A DNA stretch of 64,000 nucleotides from Leptospira sp. (GTDB lineage Bacteria > Spirochaetota > Leptospiria > Leptospirales > Leptospiraceae): the NCBI GenBank assembly GCA_034439575.1, contig JAWXAQ010000027.1:293124-357123 (forward strand), in the 5' to 3' direction. The notes beneath the pieces are model-generated. The model saw only the letters and a program-made list of their open reading frames with translations, did not search any database and was not told the origin of the DNA. This document shows positions 1 through 10,703 of this stretch, piece by piece. The position numbers and the translations under genes are program-made. The first letter of the stretch is position 1, and every line of letters starts with the position of its first letter.

Positions 1-299
1 GCATCGATCTCGAGAATACAATCTGTGATTCCTAAAGTATAAACTGCAGCAAGCATATGTTCGATGGTTTGGACTCGATTTGTTCCACCATCGCCAATCG
101 TTGTGGCATTGCTTGTATCGACAACATGATCAAGTGAAATAGGAATGCGAACTTTTGAGCCCCCACGATATAAAAAGAAAACGAGTCCAGTGCCTGCTTC
201 TGCAGGATGTAACTTTAATGTGACTGTTTTCCCTGAATGAAGACCAATTCCCTTTAATGTAAGTGAACTTTTGATCGTCTTTCTATGTATTTCTTTCAT
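1..299 (-). CDS. lpxC: UDP-3-O-acyl-N-acetylglucosamine deacetylase, N-terminal part (gene runs off the left edge)
   Basis: The minus-strand frame translates to MKEIHRKTIKSSLTLKGIGLHSGKTVTLKLHPAEAGTGLVF...NRVQTIEHMLAAVYTLGITDCILEIDA. This is colinear with the LpxC N-terminus (E. coli [31 protein letters not shown]...TVEH). It is absent from the ORF track because it has no stop inside the window. ATG at 299 is preferred; an in-frame ATG at 356 is also open. Confidence 0.85.
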   Translation of the reverse strand, partial: MKEIHRKTIKSSLTLKGIGLHSGKTVTLKLHPAEAGTGLVFFLYRGGSKVRIPISLDHVVDTSNATTIGDGGTNRVQTIEHMLAAVYTLGITDCILEID

Positions 300-532
300 T
301 TCTTTATCTTTTCCAATGATCCAAAGAGGATATATACCTATTACTGCAAGGATCATGCCAAAAGGGATTTTTAGAGGATTAAAATCAAAAAAGGGAATAG
401 GATTGTCTTTGCGAGCAAAGACGCCTGAAAAAACGTTCAAATAATGAACAATAGCGTTAATTTTAGCTGATTTTAAGTGAAAAAAGGGAAAAGTGTCTCC
501 TTTTTACAACAGTGTCTCTATTTTGCAACAAA

Positions 533-1306
533 TCAAAAAGCCGAAAGAGCCGAGCGAATGAAACTAGTAACAGGTGCTTGTTCGCGTGTGTCTTCCAAAC
601 CTTCGCGGATTTCCTTTAACACGACTTGGGCGTCACCTAAGGTGGTATTTACGGACTTGTGCACATCACTTTCATTGATAAGTTTGCCAAGTGTGCCTTT
701 TCCATCGTTGATTTTGCCTGTGATGTCTGAAATATTTTGCACCGTCTTACGGATATCAGCTCTATTTTCTGCGATGAGCTCGGATAAGGAGACAAGCGGG
801 TCTTGCGTGACCTTTCCTTGGATCGGAACCATTTTTCCACCTTTTGGTGTGATAACAACTGGGCTGTGTACGGTGCCGTCCATTTGAAATTGTTTGGTTC
901 CAGGATCTATGGAGAATTTGGAACCTGGATCTAGAGCCACAACACGACCAGAAAGCAGACTCTCATTTTTGATCACGATTTGGTAGTTGTCGTACAAATT
1001 GATCGGGGCTTTTAAGAGGAGGGTTAATTCTACCTTGGTTCCAATGCCAGGTGTGCCTTCTGGTAAAATTTCACCTGATTCACTGATTTGGACCAAACGA
1101 ATTTTGGAGACATACCCGAAGGGAACTCCATGGATTGTGACTTTGCCACCGACCTTGATGCCTTCCGCATCTGGGAAGTAGACTGATAAATTGAATCCTT
1201 CTTTTTGAAAGGGTCCACCTTCTGTAACGATGGTAAAATACCCAACTGCTAGTAGGGCGAAAATGAAAAGTATTCCTACAATAAGGCTACGTCCTAAGGA
1301 TTTCAT
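533..1306 (-). CDS. mlaD: MlaD/MCE-family substrate-binding protein of an Mla-like lipid ABC transporter
   Basis: 257 aa with an N-terminal anchor ([17 protein letters not shown]) followed by an MCE-type beta-barrel segment ([32 protein letters not shown]). It is the last gene after the mlaE and mlaF homologues. Confidence 0.8.
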   Translation of the reverse strand: MKSLGRSLIVGILFIFALLAVGYFTIVTEGGPFQKEGFNLSVYFPDAEGIKVGGKVTIHGVPFGYVSKIRLVQISESGEILPEGTPGIGTKVELTLLLKAPINLYDNYQIVIKNESLLSGRVVALDPGSKFSIDPGTKQFQMDGTVHSPVVITPKGGKMVPIQGKVTQDPLVSLSELIAENRADIRKTVQNISDITGKINDGKGTLGKLINESDVHKSVNTTLGDAQVVLKEIREGLEDTREQAPVTSFIRSALSAF

Positions 1307-1341
1307 TTATGCTTTAGTATCGGTATTTTTAGGGGGATACG

Positions 1342-2130
1342 TCAATTTGATTTTACCTGTTTCAATTCGGAATGGTCGAGAACCATAGGACCTTCTGTTT
1401 TTCCGTGAATGAACTGTTGTATGACGGGGTTTGTTGAATTTTGAATTTCTAAAGAGGTACCACAAAAGAGAACCTGACCTTCATATAAAAAACTAATCCG
1501 ATCGGCGATGCGGTAGGCTGAATTCATATCATGTGTCACAACGATACTCGTTAGACCCAGTTCCTTTTGCATTCGGACCACTAAATCATTGATCACATTG
1601 GACATAACGGGATCAAGACCAGAGGTGGGTTCATCATACATAACGATTTCAGGCTGTGAAGTAAGGGCACGAGCAAGTCCCACCCGTTTTTTCATACCAC
1701 CGGAGATATTACTCGGCATCGTATCCTTGGCGGGAACAAGGTCTAACCAGCGCAATTTTTCCATCACAATGTGGTCCAATTCTTCGCCGTCTGCTATTTT
1801 GTGTTCTCGTAGTGGCAATGCGACATTTTCATATACAGTTAGCCAATTGATAAGCGCACCAGATTGGAAAAGAACGCCTAACTTTGATCTAAGTCTTTCT
1901 TTTGTTTTGTCGGCGGCAAAACTAATTGATTCGCCAAAAATCAAACATTCTCCCATATCAGGATCAAGTAATCCTGTTAGGTGTTTTAAGCTGACAGATT
2001 TTCCAGTACCTGATGGTCCAAGGATCACCATAGTTTCGCCTTTTTTTACCTTTAAATTCATACCTTTCAGAATCTTTCGTTCTCCGAAAGCTTTATGAAC
2101 ATTTTTCATTTCTATGGCTATAGTTTCCAT
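1342..2130 (-). CDS. mlaF: ABC transporter ATP-binding protein, MlaF-like
   Basis: Walker A GPSGTGKS, signature [15 protein letters not shown] and Walker [13 protein letters not shown]. Its size (262 aa) and its position between the permease and the MCE gene fit MlaF. Confidence 0.85.
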   Translation of the reverse strand: METIAIEMKNVHKAFGERKILKGMNLKVKKGETMVILGPSGTGKSVSLKHLTGLLDPDMGECLIFGESISFAADKTKERLRSKLGVLFQSGALINWLTVYENVALPLREHKIADGEELDHIVMEKLRWLDLVPAKDTMPSNISGGMKKRVGLARALTSQPEIVMYDEPTSGLDPVMSNVINDLVVRMQKELGLTSIVVTHDMNSAYRIADRISFLYEGQVLFCGTSLEIQNSTNPVIQQFIHGKTEGPMVLDHSELKQVKSN

Positions 2131-2137
2131 ATATGTC

Positions 2138-2914
2138 TCACTTGTAAAAAATGGCTGTTATCACATAACCAAAAAATATTACCATCAAAAATGATGTGAC
2201 AACTGCTTGGCGTGTAGTTTGTCCGACACCAATGGCTCCACCAGTCGTTCTTAAACCTTGGCTGCAAGATACTGTAGCAATGATCAGTCCAAAAACATAT
2301 CCTTTCAAAACTCCCACATATAAATCTTTAAGTCCAGGTATGGATGAAATTCTATAATATACGTCCTGCATATAACTCATGATATCTATGCCCAATTGAA
2401 AGTGACCAACGATGGCACCACCTAATATCCCTAATGTGGATGAATAAATGCACAAAATGGGAACCATAACTGAAAATCCAAAAATTCGTGGCATCACTAA
2501 GTACCTTACAGGATCAATGGACATGACTTCCAATGCGTCAATTTCTTCTGATACCTTCATTGTCCCAATCTCTGCAGCCATGGCAGAACCGACAGATGCG
2601 GCTAGAATCAGGGAGGTCATAAAAGGAGACATCTCTCTTGTAAGTGTTATGGTAAGTAACAATCCGATTTGTCCCTCAGCTCCAAAGTCACGTAGACCTA
2701 GACCTGTGTTTAAACCCATAATCATCCCAGTAAAAATAGAAACAATACTTACTACAAAAAGGGAACCGACCCCAGCAATAAACATCTGTTCCATGATTTC
2801 ACGGCGTTTGAAAAAAACTTGGTGGGATTGTGCAAAGGCACGAAAGAGTAGTAAGACGGTGAATCCTATGGCATCAAGCGTTGGACCAATTGTTTTTTCA
2901 AAATATTTTTTCAT
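2138..2914 (-). CDS. mlaE: ABC transporter permease, MlaE-like
   Basis: 258-aa polytopic protein with MlaE-type motifs ([43 protein letters not shown]). Confidence 0.85.
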   Translation of the reverse strand: MKKYFEKTIGPTLDAIGFTVLLLFRAFAQSHQVFFKRREIMEQMFIAGVGSLFVVSIVSIFTGMIMGLNTGLGLRDFGAEGQIGLLLTITLTREMSPFMTSLILAASVGSAMAAEIGTMKVSEEIDALEVMSIDPVRYLVMPRIFGFSVMVPILCIYSSTLGILGGAIVGHFQLGIDIMSYMQDVYYRISSIPGLKDLYVGVLKGYVFGLIIATVSCSQGLRTTGGAIGVGQTTRQAVVTSFLMVIFFGYVITAIFYK

Positions 2915-4338
2915 ATTTCAATTAACCAAAATAATTTAACTTTACTTTTTTCACTTCGAGTGTCAAGGCCAACCAGTCCATATAGAAAGTCATACTTAAA
3001 ACCAGATTCATTGATCGTATATTCAGCTAACAATGGTATATGTAAATGAAATTCCTCTTCTGACCATCTCTGAGTATACAGTCTTGAAACTAAATGCAGT
3101 CTTTTTTCTCCATTATTAAGTTTTTTATATTCAATGATGGAAAAGATTGGTTCCCAAATCTCTTCCAATGCTTCAAAACGAACTGGTATAAGTGAAATCG
3201 TATTCCAACCAGAATTGCCCTCACTGTCTCTATGATAACGGAGAAGTGGCCAAAATTTCCAATACAAGTCACTACGTCCAGTACCTGGATATTCTTGTTT
3301 GATATGCGTGAATAGAGGAAGTATATAATAAGATTTTGCCTTTAGGTGGTTTGTATTTTGGGATAGGCTGATATAAAAAGGAGTAATAAATTCGGCTTCT
3401 TTATTAGCAAAATAAGAATAGCCATAAAAGGGGAAGAAGACAATTTTTTCAGTATCCTTTTTTGTGGAGGTCGTGTATTGGAAAAAGAAAAAGAGAGCAG
3501 AAATATTCTTTTGTCCTGTTTTGTTATCATAACCATAGGAGAATAAAGAATTTAGAATAGGAAACCATAGGATGGCTCGACTTTTCATACTTCCACTTTC
3601 AGTATCTTTGGCGAGATAAAAGGGAAAAAAAAGTTTGTAAGTCATGGGATCTTTTTTATCCATTCGTTCTTCGCCCCATTGAAAGAAAGGCCAAAGTATC
3701 GAATAACGACTGTACTTCCCTAAATGTTTTTTGTGAGAATAAAATGGAAATATCCGCAGATCATCTCTTGTTTCCGATTTGCCTCTCATTGTCAGTGGCC
3801 ATAAAATTGATTGAGCTTCGTAGGATTTATATTTCCATTCTGAATAGAGGGGAAATAAAAAGAGTGGGAAAAAATAATACTTAATCTTTTGATAAGAAAG
3901 TTTATTTTGCATGGTTCCATAAATTGGATACACGCTTATATATTTTTCTTTGGGTGTGTCGCCTGAACCCCAAAAGAAGAAAGGGGATAAAAATATATCT
4001 TCATCATTCTCACCTTCTTCATGTTTGATACCGGTACCAGTAAAAAAAAATAAAGATGACCACGCATACCAATGATTAGTTTCCTCTCTATAATAAAGCG
4101 GACTTAAAATCGTTTTGAATTTGAGGGCTGTCGTTTTATCTTGAAAACTTCCGTAAAAGGGACGAACATACAAACTCGATTGGTTGGCTCTCGATTCACT
4201 TTCATACAAAAACCAAAATTGGTAATAATCAGAGGGGATGTCTTCTGTGAAGGTATAGGGAAGTTTGGCCTCAAGTGAAAAATTAAAAAATAGAATACAA
4301 ATCCAAACTAGACATTGTTTTCTTAAAACATTTGACAC
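2911..4338 (-). CDS. Secreted aromatic-Pro repeat protein of unknown function, first gene of the mla-like operon
   Basis: 475-aa ORF with a signal-peptide-like N-terminus ([16 protein letters not shown]). It contains at least a dozen short units such as VRPFYG, IFPFYS, VFFPFYG and ILWPFFQWG. Its stop overlaps the mlaE start by 4 nt. I recognise no family. Confidence 0.6.
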   Translation of the reverse strand: MSNVLRKQCLVWICILFFNFSLEAKLPYTFTEDIPSDYYQFWFLYESESRANQSSLYVRPFYGSFQDKTTALKFKTILSPLYYREETNHWYAWSSLFFFTGTGIKHEEGENDEDIFLSPFFFWGSGDTPKEKYISVYPIYGTMQNKLSYQKIKYYFFPLFLFPLYSEWKYKSYEAQSILWPLTMRGKSETRDDLRIFPFYSHKKHLGKYSRYSILWPFFQWGEERMDKKDPMTYKLFFPFYLAKDTESGSMKSRAILWFPILNSLFSYGYDNKTGQKNISALFFFFQYTTSTKKDTEKIVFFPFYGYSYFANKEAEFITPFYISLSQNTNHLKAKSYYILPLFTHIKQEYPGTGRSDLYWKFWPLLRYHRDSEGNSGWNTISLIPVRFEALEEIWEPIFSIIEYKKLNNGEKRLHLVSRLYTQRWSEEEFHLHIPLLAEYTINESGFKYDFLYGLVGLDTRSEKSKVKLFWLIEI

Positions 4339-4383
4339 TAACTTACAATATAGGCTGTTAGCTATGAGGAATCAAGTGATTTC

Positions 4384-5436
4384 ATGAGTAAAAAAAAGAT
4401 CGGTCTCATTTTTGGTGGTATTTCTTCGGAGCATATTATTTCGATACGTTCCTCATATTATATTTATAAAACGATAGATAGAAACATATACCAAGTCCTA
4501 CCGATCTATATTACCCCCATCGGTGAATGGATTATCCCTACAAAATACGAAGCGATTTTTCCGGATCCAAAGGATAGTAATGAAGCGGAATTTTTAAATG
4601 AATTTAAAAAACAAAATGAAATTCTAAACCATAGCGACAAACATCTGCTACCTTCATTGAAATTGGATGCCGTTTTTATTGGGCTACATGGTGGTCAGGG
4701 GGAAAATGGTAGTGTACAAGGATTTTTGGAAGTTCACGGCCTGCCTTATACTGGATCTGGGGTGATGGCATCGGCTCTAGCTATGGATAAATATCGATCA
4801 AATTTGTTATTCGAAAAAGCTGGTGTTCCCGTCGCCCCCTTTTTGGAATTGGAAAAAAAAGATACAGATATCAAAAGAATGGCGCTTCAGCTTCCTATCT
4901 CTTACCCCATTTTCATTAAACCAACATTAGGTGGATCAAGTGTCAACACTGGACCTGCCAAAAATGCAGAAGAAGCCATCAAACTCATTGAAAAAGTCTT
5001 TGTTATGGAAGATCGTGTTTTTTTACAGGAACTTGTCCAAGGAACGGAAGTATCTATTGGAGTATTAGAGAAAAAAATTGAAGGCAAGTGGCAATCATTC
5101 CCACTCGTTGCTACAGAAATCCGTCCTAAGTCAGAATTTTTTGACTTCACAGCAAAGTATACAAAAGGGGGAAGCGAAGAGATCACTCCAGCAGAAATTC
5201 CTTCAAATGTTATGGATACTTTAAAAGAATATACTTTACTTTGCCACAAAACACTTGGTTGTCGAGGTTATTCAAGAACGGATTTTATAATTAAAAATGG
5301 AATCCCGTTTGTATTAGAAACAAATACCTTGCCTGGAATGACTGGGACAAGCCTTATCCCGCAACAAGCCGAAGCTCTGGGCATTTCTATGAAAGATGTA
5401 TTTAATTGGTTATTGGAACAGGCTCTTTCTCTCTAG
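4384..5436 (+). CDS. ddl: D-alanine--D-alanine ligase
   Basis: Has the Ddl N-terminus ([20 protein letters not shown]), [15 protein letters not shown] and the ATP-grasp C-terminal motif (SRTDFII...[10 protein letters not shown]). 350 aa. Confidence 0.9.
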   Translation: MSKKKIGLIFGGISSEHIISIRSSYYIYKTIDRNIYQVLPIYITPIGEWIIPTKYEAIFPDPKDSNEAEFLNEFKKQNEILNHSDKHLLPSLKLDAVFIGLHGGQGENGSVQGFLEVHGLPYTGSGVMASALAMDKYRSNLLFEKAGVPVAPFLELEKKDTDIKRMALQLPISYPIFIKPTLGGSSVNTGPAKNAEEAIKLIEKVFVMEDRVFLQELVQGTEVSIGVLEKKIEGKWQSFPLVATEIRPKSEFFDFTAKYTKGGSEEITPAEIPSNVMDTLKEYTLLCHKTLGCRGYSRTDFIIKNGIPFVLETNTLPGMTGTSLIPQQAEALGISMKDVFNWLLEQALSL

Positions 5437-6805
5437 GAAAAAGCCACATTCCTATAAGTATCCCGATTAAACTTGCCAAAGTTCCATAAAAATGGCTAGT
5501 CATTTCATTATGAAACCATTCGAGTGATAACCAAGTGATCATACCTGTAACAAGCGATAGGAGAGCGGCCTTTTGACTTGTTTTTTGATTCCATAATCCA
5601 AAGACCATGGGAATAAAAATAGATACTAAAGAAATCCCACCTGAATCTTCCACAAGTGCATAAATGGATGGTTTTCCCACAGCTAACATATAGGATACGA
5701 TGGAGATGATGATCACAGAAAAGCGAGATAGTTTGAGTAAATTTTTATCTGTTTTGTTTTTTAAAAAATACTTAAGAATATTTTCTGATAGAATAGATGA
5801 AGGTGCAAGTATTGCCCCTGACGCTGTAGAAAGTATGGCAGATATCAAAGCAGAAAAAAATAATATTTGCACGAGAGGGGATGCAAATTTAGAAACTAAC
5901 ATCGGTATGAGTAATTGTGAATTTTCGCCGTATAAATCAAAATCTTTTAACAATACCGCGGCTTGTAATCCTAGAATTAAAGGAATCATCGCTAAAGACA
6001 AATAGATTCCTGATGCAAGATAGGATGCCCGAACCGCCACCTTTTCCGACTTCGCCGACATGACTCTCTGAAATATATCTTGTTGGGGAAGAGATCCAAG
6101 TCCGACAACCATCCAGGCTGAAATGTACATCACCCAACTATTGTAATCTGGCTTAGGGAAAAAATTTAAGAAACCGACAGGTGTATTCTGTAATGTGGTG
6201 ATAATAGGTTGTACAGAATTGATTTCATAGATCACAAAAGAGAGTCCAATTAATATGGAAATGGATTGAAAAAAATCAGTAAATGAGACTGACCACATCC
6301 CACCTAAAAATGTATAAAATATAACGAGTATAGCTCCGATAGTTAAACCTGCAAATTGGGTTATGCCAAAGATCACCTGCATCATGATGCCAAGGGCTAC
6401 AAATTGTGCCGCAACCCATCCAAAGTAGGAGAATATAAGACATATACCTGCCAAAAACTCCATGGTCTTACCATAACGATCTCTATAAAAATCTCCAAAG
6501 GTAAGGATCTGCATTCTGTAAAGTGACTTCGCAAAAAATATTCCGAGTAACAATAAACAGAGGGCCCCACCAAACGGATCTTGGATGACAGCGAGTGTGC
6601 CTCCTTTGGCAAATTCGACAGAAGAGCCGAGAATGGTTTCGCTACCGAACCAAGTGGCAAAAAGTGCTGCAGTGGAAATGGGAAGGGGGAGGCTACGTCC
6701 TGCCAGGATAAAGTCTTTTGCATTTTTGACTTTTCTTGCGGCAATGACTCCGATAAGGACAGTCGTGAGGAGGTAAATTAGAACATAGATCCCTTGCGCG
6801 TTCAT
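5402..6805 (-). CDS. Sodium:solute symporter (SSF) family transporter
   Basis: 467-aa polytopic protein with an SSF-type N-terminus ([30 protein letters not shown]). The substrate cannot be told from sequence alone. Confidence 0.8.
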   Translation of the reverse strand: MNAQGIYVLIYLLTTVLIGVIAARKVKNAKDFILAGRSLPLPISTAALFATWFGSETILGSSVEFAKGGTLAVIQDPFGGALCLLLLGIFFAKSLYRMQILTFGDFYRDRYGKTMEFLAGICLIFSYFGWVAAQFVALGIMMQVIFGITQFAGLTIGAILVIFYTFLGGMWSVSFTDFFQSISILIGLSFVIYEINSVQPIITTLQNTPVGFLNFFPKPDYNSWVMYISAWMVVGLGSLPQQDIFQRVMSAKSEKVAVRASYLASGIYLSLAMIPLILGLQAAVLLKDFDLYGENSQLLIPMLVSKFASPLVQILFFSALISAILSTASGAILAPSSILSENILKYFLKNKTDKNLLKLSRFSVIIISIVSYMLAVGKPSIYALVEDSGGISLVSIFIPMVFGLWNQKTSQKAALLSLVTGMITWLSLEWFHNEMTSHFYGTLASLIGILIGMWLFPREKEPVPITN

Positions 6806-6808
6806 TCT

Positions 6809-7090
6809 TTAAAATAAATCGTCTTCCTGTTTTGAAGCTGACTCTTTTATATCTTCCTTTTTCTTCTTAACACTTGATTTTATGATCTCACCGTTTTGGC
6901 CTTTCGCTAAAAATTCTATTTTTGCTTCTGCTTCAGTTAAACGATCAGAACAAACTTTTTTTAATTCCATCCCTTTTTCGTAGGCCTTAATGGATTCTTC
7001 CAATGACAATTGGCCTTTCTCTAATTTTTCGGCAATGTCTTCTAGTTCGCGCAATGCATCTTCGAATGAAATAATCTTTTTTTCTGACAT
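6809..7090 (-). CDS. xseB: Exodeoxyribonuclease VII small subunit
   Basis: 93 aa with SFEDALRELEDIAEKLEKGQLSLEESIKAYEKGMEL, which is typical of XseB. It lies directly downstream of xseA. Confidence 0.85.
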   Translation of the reverse strand: MSEKKIISFEDALRELEDIAEKLEKGQLSLEESIKAYEKGMELKKVCSDRLTEAEAKIEFLAKGQNGEIIKSSVKKKKEDIKESASKQEDDLF

Positions 7091-7092
7091 AT

Positions 7093-8376
7093 TTAGTCCT
7101 TAATTTTGTCTTTGATTTCGGCGGTCAATCGACCTTCACCTAATATTAGTTCTATGTTTTCACCGATTTCTACTTGCTGAAAAGAGGAGATCACTTTTTT
7201 ATTTTGATTTCTTATGACAGAGTATCCACGATGCAGTGTGCCTAATGGTGAAAAATTTTCCACTCTGGAATGAATCAATTCAAACGTTTGTTTTTTCCTA
7301 CGAAGTAATTGTTCCATTCGATCTTTTAAAATTTCAGTTCGTAGAAATTCACTGCGTTTTTGGATGAGAAAATTTTTACCCAGTAATGAGATGCGATTCA
7401 TCACATCATCAGTAGCGATAATTCTCGGTTCAAGAAGTGCTAGCGGATTTTGGAAAACATTTCTAGTTGTGACACCAGTCAACTTCTCTCGGTTGAGTTT
7501 TGTTAGGTTTTTTAAGCATCGATCCAATCTATCTTCTGTTTCTGAAATTTTAATTAAAACTTCTGAAACATTGGGAATGGCAAGTTTTGCAGCGGCAGTT
7601 GGTGTTGGGGTTGTTGCATCGGCACTTAAATCACTTAGTACACGATCTATTTCATGACCCACAGCAGAAATAATAGGCAGGCGAGAATTGTAAAAGGCAT
7701 ACACAACTTCTTCTGTATTGAATGCCATAAGGTCTTCAAAAGATCCACCTCCACGGCCCGCGATAATCACATCCACTTCCCATTTAGGATCATTTAATGC
7801 TTCTATGGCGAGCCGAATTGACTTCGGTGCATCATCACCCTGAACGATGCAAGGAGAAACTAATATTTGTATGGTGGGATTTAAATCAGTTGCAATCCTG
7901 ATAATATCTTCGACTGCTGCACCCTTAGGTGAAGTGGCAATCCCTAATCTGATTGGGTATTTAGGAAGGGGTTTTTTATGGGAGGGGTCGAAAATTCCTT
8001 TTTCGGCTAGACTTTGTTTTAATCTTTCTATTTGTAATAGAATGTCACCTTCACCTAGTTCTTCGACCTTTTGCACAGAAAAACTATAATAGCCACCCGG
8101 TTCATAAACAGATATGGATCCAAAAATTCGTAACTCCATTCCATTTTTTATAGGTCTACCTTTGTAGTTTTTACTTTGAAATGAAAAAAAGGCACATTTG
8201 ATGACGCTCATTGGATCTTTGAGCGAAAAATACATATGTCCAGAGGATGCAGTTTGGGAAAAATTTGAGACTTCACCTTTGACCCAAATGTTCTTTAGGC
8301 CGTCTACTTCTTGTAAACTGGTCTTTACAAGCCGATTGACATCTGATACTGAAAGTGATTGGGGGGCATTAGACAT
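7093..8376 (-). CDS. xseA: Exodeoxyribonuclease VII large subunit
   Basis: 427 aa with an OB-fold N-terminus (LSVSDVNRLVK...IWVKGEVSNF...SGHMYFSLKD) and the catalytic core RGGGSFEDLMAFNTE...ISAVGHEID. Confidence 0.9.
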   Translation of the reverse strand: MSNAPQSLSVSDVNRLVKTSLQEVDGLKNIWVKGEVSNFSQTASSGHMYFSLKDPMSVIKCAFFSFQSKNYKGRPIKNGMELRIFGSISVYEPGGYYSFSVQKVEELGEGDILLQIERLKQSLAEKGIFDPSHKKPLPKYPIRLGIATSPKGAAVEDIIRIATDLNPTIQILVSPCIVQGDDAPKSIRLAIEALNDPKWEVDVIIAGRGGGSFEDLMAFNTEEVVYAFYNSRLPIISAVGHEIDRVLSDLSADATTPTPTAAAKLAIPNVSEVLIKISETEDRLDRCLKNLTKLNREKLTGVTTRNVFQNPLALLEPRIIATDDVMNRISLLGKNFLIQKRSEFLRTEILKDRMEQLLRRKKQTFELIHSRVENFSPLGTLHRGYSVIRNQNKKVISSFQQVEIGENIELILGEGRLTAEIKDKIKD

Positions 8377-9490
8377 TGACAGAATCTTTGAATCTTGTTT
8401 CCTTAAAAATTTTCCAAAAATCCCAAAGAATAATCACAAGTGTCAGAGCCATAGGGCCAATGATAATTCCTGCGACACCAAACTCTTGTAATCCGCCAAT
8501 CAATGATAAAAAGATTAGGAATGGATGGGTTTTTAATCTTTTGTCTAAAATTTTTGGTTTCACAAAGTTTTCTAAAATTAAATAGGCCGAGGCACCACCA
8601 ATCATGACAAAAATTCCAGAAGTCCATGCATTTTGCACAAGTCCTAAATAAATACCCACAGGAAGCCATATAACGGAGGTTCCAATGACGGGAATGAGTG
8701 AGAATATAGTCGCAATACTTGATAGCAAAAATTTATTTGGAACAGATGTGAAAAGTAGAATAAAGTAAATTAAGAATCCTTGCAATAAGGAGATAAACAT
8801 ATTTCCAAGCATCACAGTTCTCACTGCATCTTCAATTCTCCGACCAAGCCTTTCCTCTATTTCTTGTGGAAACGGTAAGTTATTAAAAATTACATGCTCA
8901 AGTCGATTTCCCTCTTTATATAAAAAGAAAAGGAGTATAAATGAGAAAAAAGCATTGAATATGATCGTACCTGGAAGTTCAAAAGATCCCAGTACAAATC
9001 CAGAGGAATTTTTAAGAATACTATATATAGAATCTAAGTTTAAAATATCCATATGGGAACCAATATATTCACGATAGAGTCCAGGAAGTTTGATCCAAAA
9101 AAATTCATTTTCAGAAAAAAAATCAGTTAACAAGGGTGAGTTGAGTAGAAGGGCAACTATAGATTCTTCTGATAACTGATTTCTAATATAACTCACAAGA
9201 TTTAATGACTCACGTATAATGGTTGATAATATCAAATATGATGGTATGACTACTCCTGCTAACATAAGTAATATCATTATATAAGGAGAGAGTGCTCCAA
9301 ATCGAATGCCGAGTATCAATTTTAATTTTTTATGAAATTTTCTAGTCGTTACATAAAATAAAATGGCTAGAAAAAAAGACCATAAATAGGGCTTAAATAC
9401 AAAGAATAAAATATAAGTCGTACTTGCGAATAATAAGGTGAGTATCAAATAGACAATCACCTCATTTTTATTTTCAAACCAATTTGGCAT
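8369..9490 (-). CDS. AI-2E/PerM (UPF0118) family membrane transporter
   Basis: 373-aa polytopic protein whose architecture and C-terminal segment (PFLIFLSLIGGLQEFGVAGIIIGPM) are typical of the family. Confidence 0.75.
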   Translation of the reverse strand: MPNWFENKNEVIVYLILTLLFASTTYILFFVFKPYLWSFFLAILFYVTTRKFHKKLKLILGIRFGALSPYIMILLMLAGVVIPSYLILSTIIRESLNLVSYIRNQLSEESIVALLLNSPLLTDFFSENEFFWIKLPGLYREYIGSHMDILNLDSIYSILKNSSGFVLGSFELPGTIIFNAFFSFILLFFLYKEGNRLEHVIFNNLPFPQEIEERLGRRIEDAVRTVMLGNMFISLLQGFLIYFILLFTSVPNKFLLSSIATIFSLIPVIGTSVIWLPVGIYLGLVQNAWTSGIFVMIGGASAYLILENFVKPKILDKRLKTHPFLIFLSLIGGLQEFGVAGIIIGPMALTLVIILWDFWKIFKETRFKDSVNV

Positions 9491-9499
9491 AATTTATAC

Positions 9500-9940
9500 T
9501 TAATAGGTGGATTGTTTTTTAAAAAAATATTTCACAATTCGTTTTTCGCCCAAATCGTAAACAAATATGGAAAGAGATTTTTTGATAAAACCTTCAAATA
9601 GATAAGAAGTTTTATTTCCCAATTCGTCTTTCTGGATGATTTTCCAATCTCCAAGTGAACTTCTTTTCTCGATTGTGTCTTTGATTTCGGATACGCTTAA
9701 ATTTGATTCTAAACTTAAATAAGATTCTCTCGGATTGGAAAATCCAGATCTAAGTTCCACCGAATTGATATAAGTTACTGTACTTGGAATAAAGGAACGA
9801 GGGATCGCCGAAGGTACACGCTCAGGTAAATGTGCCACTGTGATTCGATCAAAGGCATACGTCTCCTTACTAAAATGACCATCGCCTTGGCAGGAAAAGA
9901 AAAAAACTAAGAATGGTAAGACGTAAAGAATCTTGGACAT
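9500..9940 (-). CDS. Putative lipoprotein, unknown function
   Basis: The ORF track gives 9500..9979. The internal ATG at 9940 gives the lipoprotein-type signal MSKILYVLPFLVFFFSC. I recognise no family. Confidence 0.5.
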   Translation of the reverse strand: MSKILYVLPFLVFFFSCQGDGHFSKETYAFDRITVAHLPERVPSAIPRSFIPSTVTYINSVELRSGFSNPRESYLSLESNLSVSEIKDTIEKRSSLGDWKIIQKDELGNKTSYLFEGFIKKSLSIFVYDLGEKRIVKYFFKKQSTY

Positions 9941-10030
9941 AGGGAAAGCAAATGGAAATGTAAGTATAGTTCCAATCATTTTTTAAAATCTTTCTTGCTA
10001 AACGATTCGCTTTCGTAAAAAAATCTAGGA

Positions 10031-10669
10031 GTGGAAATTCTTTCGCAATTGCCTGATTTCCTAGCCTATCTTGCCACCTTACCAACCTGGTATCTTCTTT
10101 TCTTCTTCGGGTTTTCAAACTTTTTAGAAAATGTTTTCCCTCCTTGGCCTGGGGATAGTTTTACCGTTTTCTCTGGATTTCTCGCAGGACAAACGAATGC
10201 AAAGATAGGGATTTTCGAGCTTGGAATTGCTACATTGATTGGGAATTGGATTGGCGCTCTTTTGATGTTTTACTTTGGGAAAAGAGTGATCCGATTCCTC
10301 CGCGAAACAAAAATTGAATTGATTCGGAAATTATATGAAGAAGAGCCGTTCGAAAAAACCATCCACTGGTTTCGTAATTATTCAGGGTTTGTGATCATTC
10401 TTTCTCGGTTTTCTGCAGGTATTCGATTTTTTGTGTCGATAGTCGCAGGTCTTTCCAAAATGAATGTGTTCTTATTTTTATTTTATTATACGATAGCGAT
10501 TTTTCTTTGGTGCGGTTTATTATTATTTGGTGGTTACCAATTGGGAGAGAATTGGGATCAAATCGTTGTTAGTCTCTCGATATACAATCGAATCATTAGT
10601 TTCATAATCATAAGTATAATTGTTTTTATCCTAGGTTATTATTTTTATAGGAAAAAAGTTCGAAGTTGA
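10031..10669 (+). CDS. DedA/SNARE-associated family membrane protein
   Basis: 212 aa with a GTG start and the DedA motif FLENVFPPWPGDSFTVFSGFLAG. Confidence 0.8.
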   Translation: MEILSQLPDFLAYLATLPTWYLLFFFGFSNFLENVFPPWPGDSFTVFSGFLAGQTNAKIGIFELGIATLIGNWIGALLMFYFGKRVIRFLRETKIELIRKLYEEEPFEKTIHWFRNYSGFVIILSRFSAGIRFFVSIVAGLSKMNVFLFLFYYTIAIFLWCGLLLFGGYQLGENWDQIVVSLSIYNRIISFIIISIIVFILGYYFYRKKVRS

Positions 10670-10703
10670 CAAGTTATCTTAAATTGATAACATTTCTTTC
10701 GTT

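Noticed and set aside
1589-2098. 169-aa plus-strand ORF inside mlaF. Similar antisense or alternate-frame ORFs include 2448-2939, 16660-17106, 39987-40349, 44706-45068, 49369-49758 and 55373-55771.
   Set aside because: Each lies wholly within a longer ORF that has clear family motifs on the other strand or frame. Their translations are low-complexity or Arg/Ser/Pro-skewed with no recognisable motif. They are treated as shadow ORFs.
4042-4050. A9 homopolymer inside the repeat-protein gene (and similar A/T runs elsewhere) as possible phase-variation tracts.
   Set aside because: Runs of this length are frequent throughout this AT-rich window, in coding and non-coding DNA alike. Here the run simply encodes Phe residues.
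5402-5436. 35-nt convergent overlap of the ddl and SSF symporter 3-prime ends.
   Set aside because: Both reading frames are well supported to their ends. Short convergent overlaps occur repeatedly in this compact window (25088-25091, 61345-61358), so I see no special significance.
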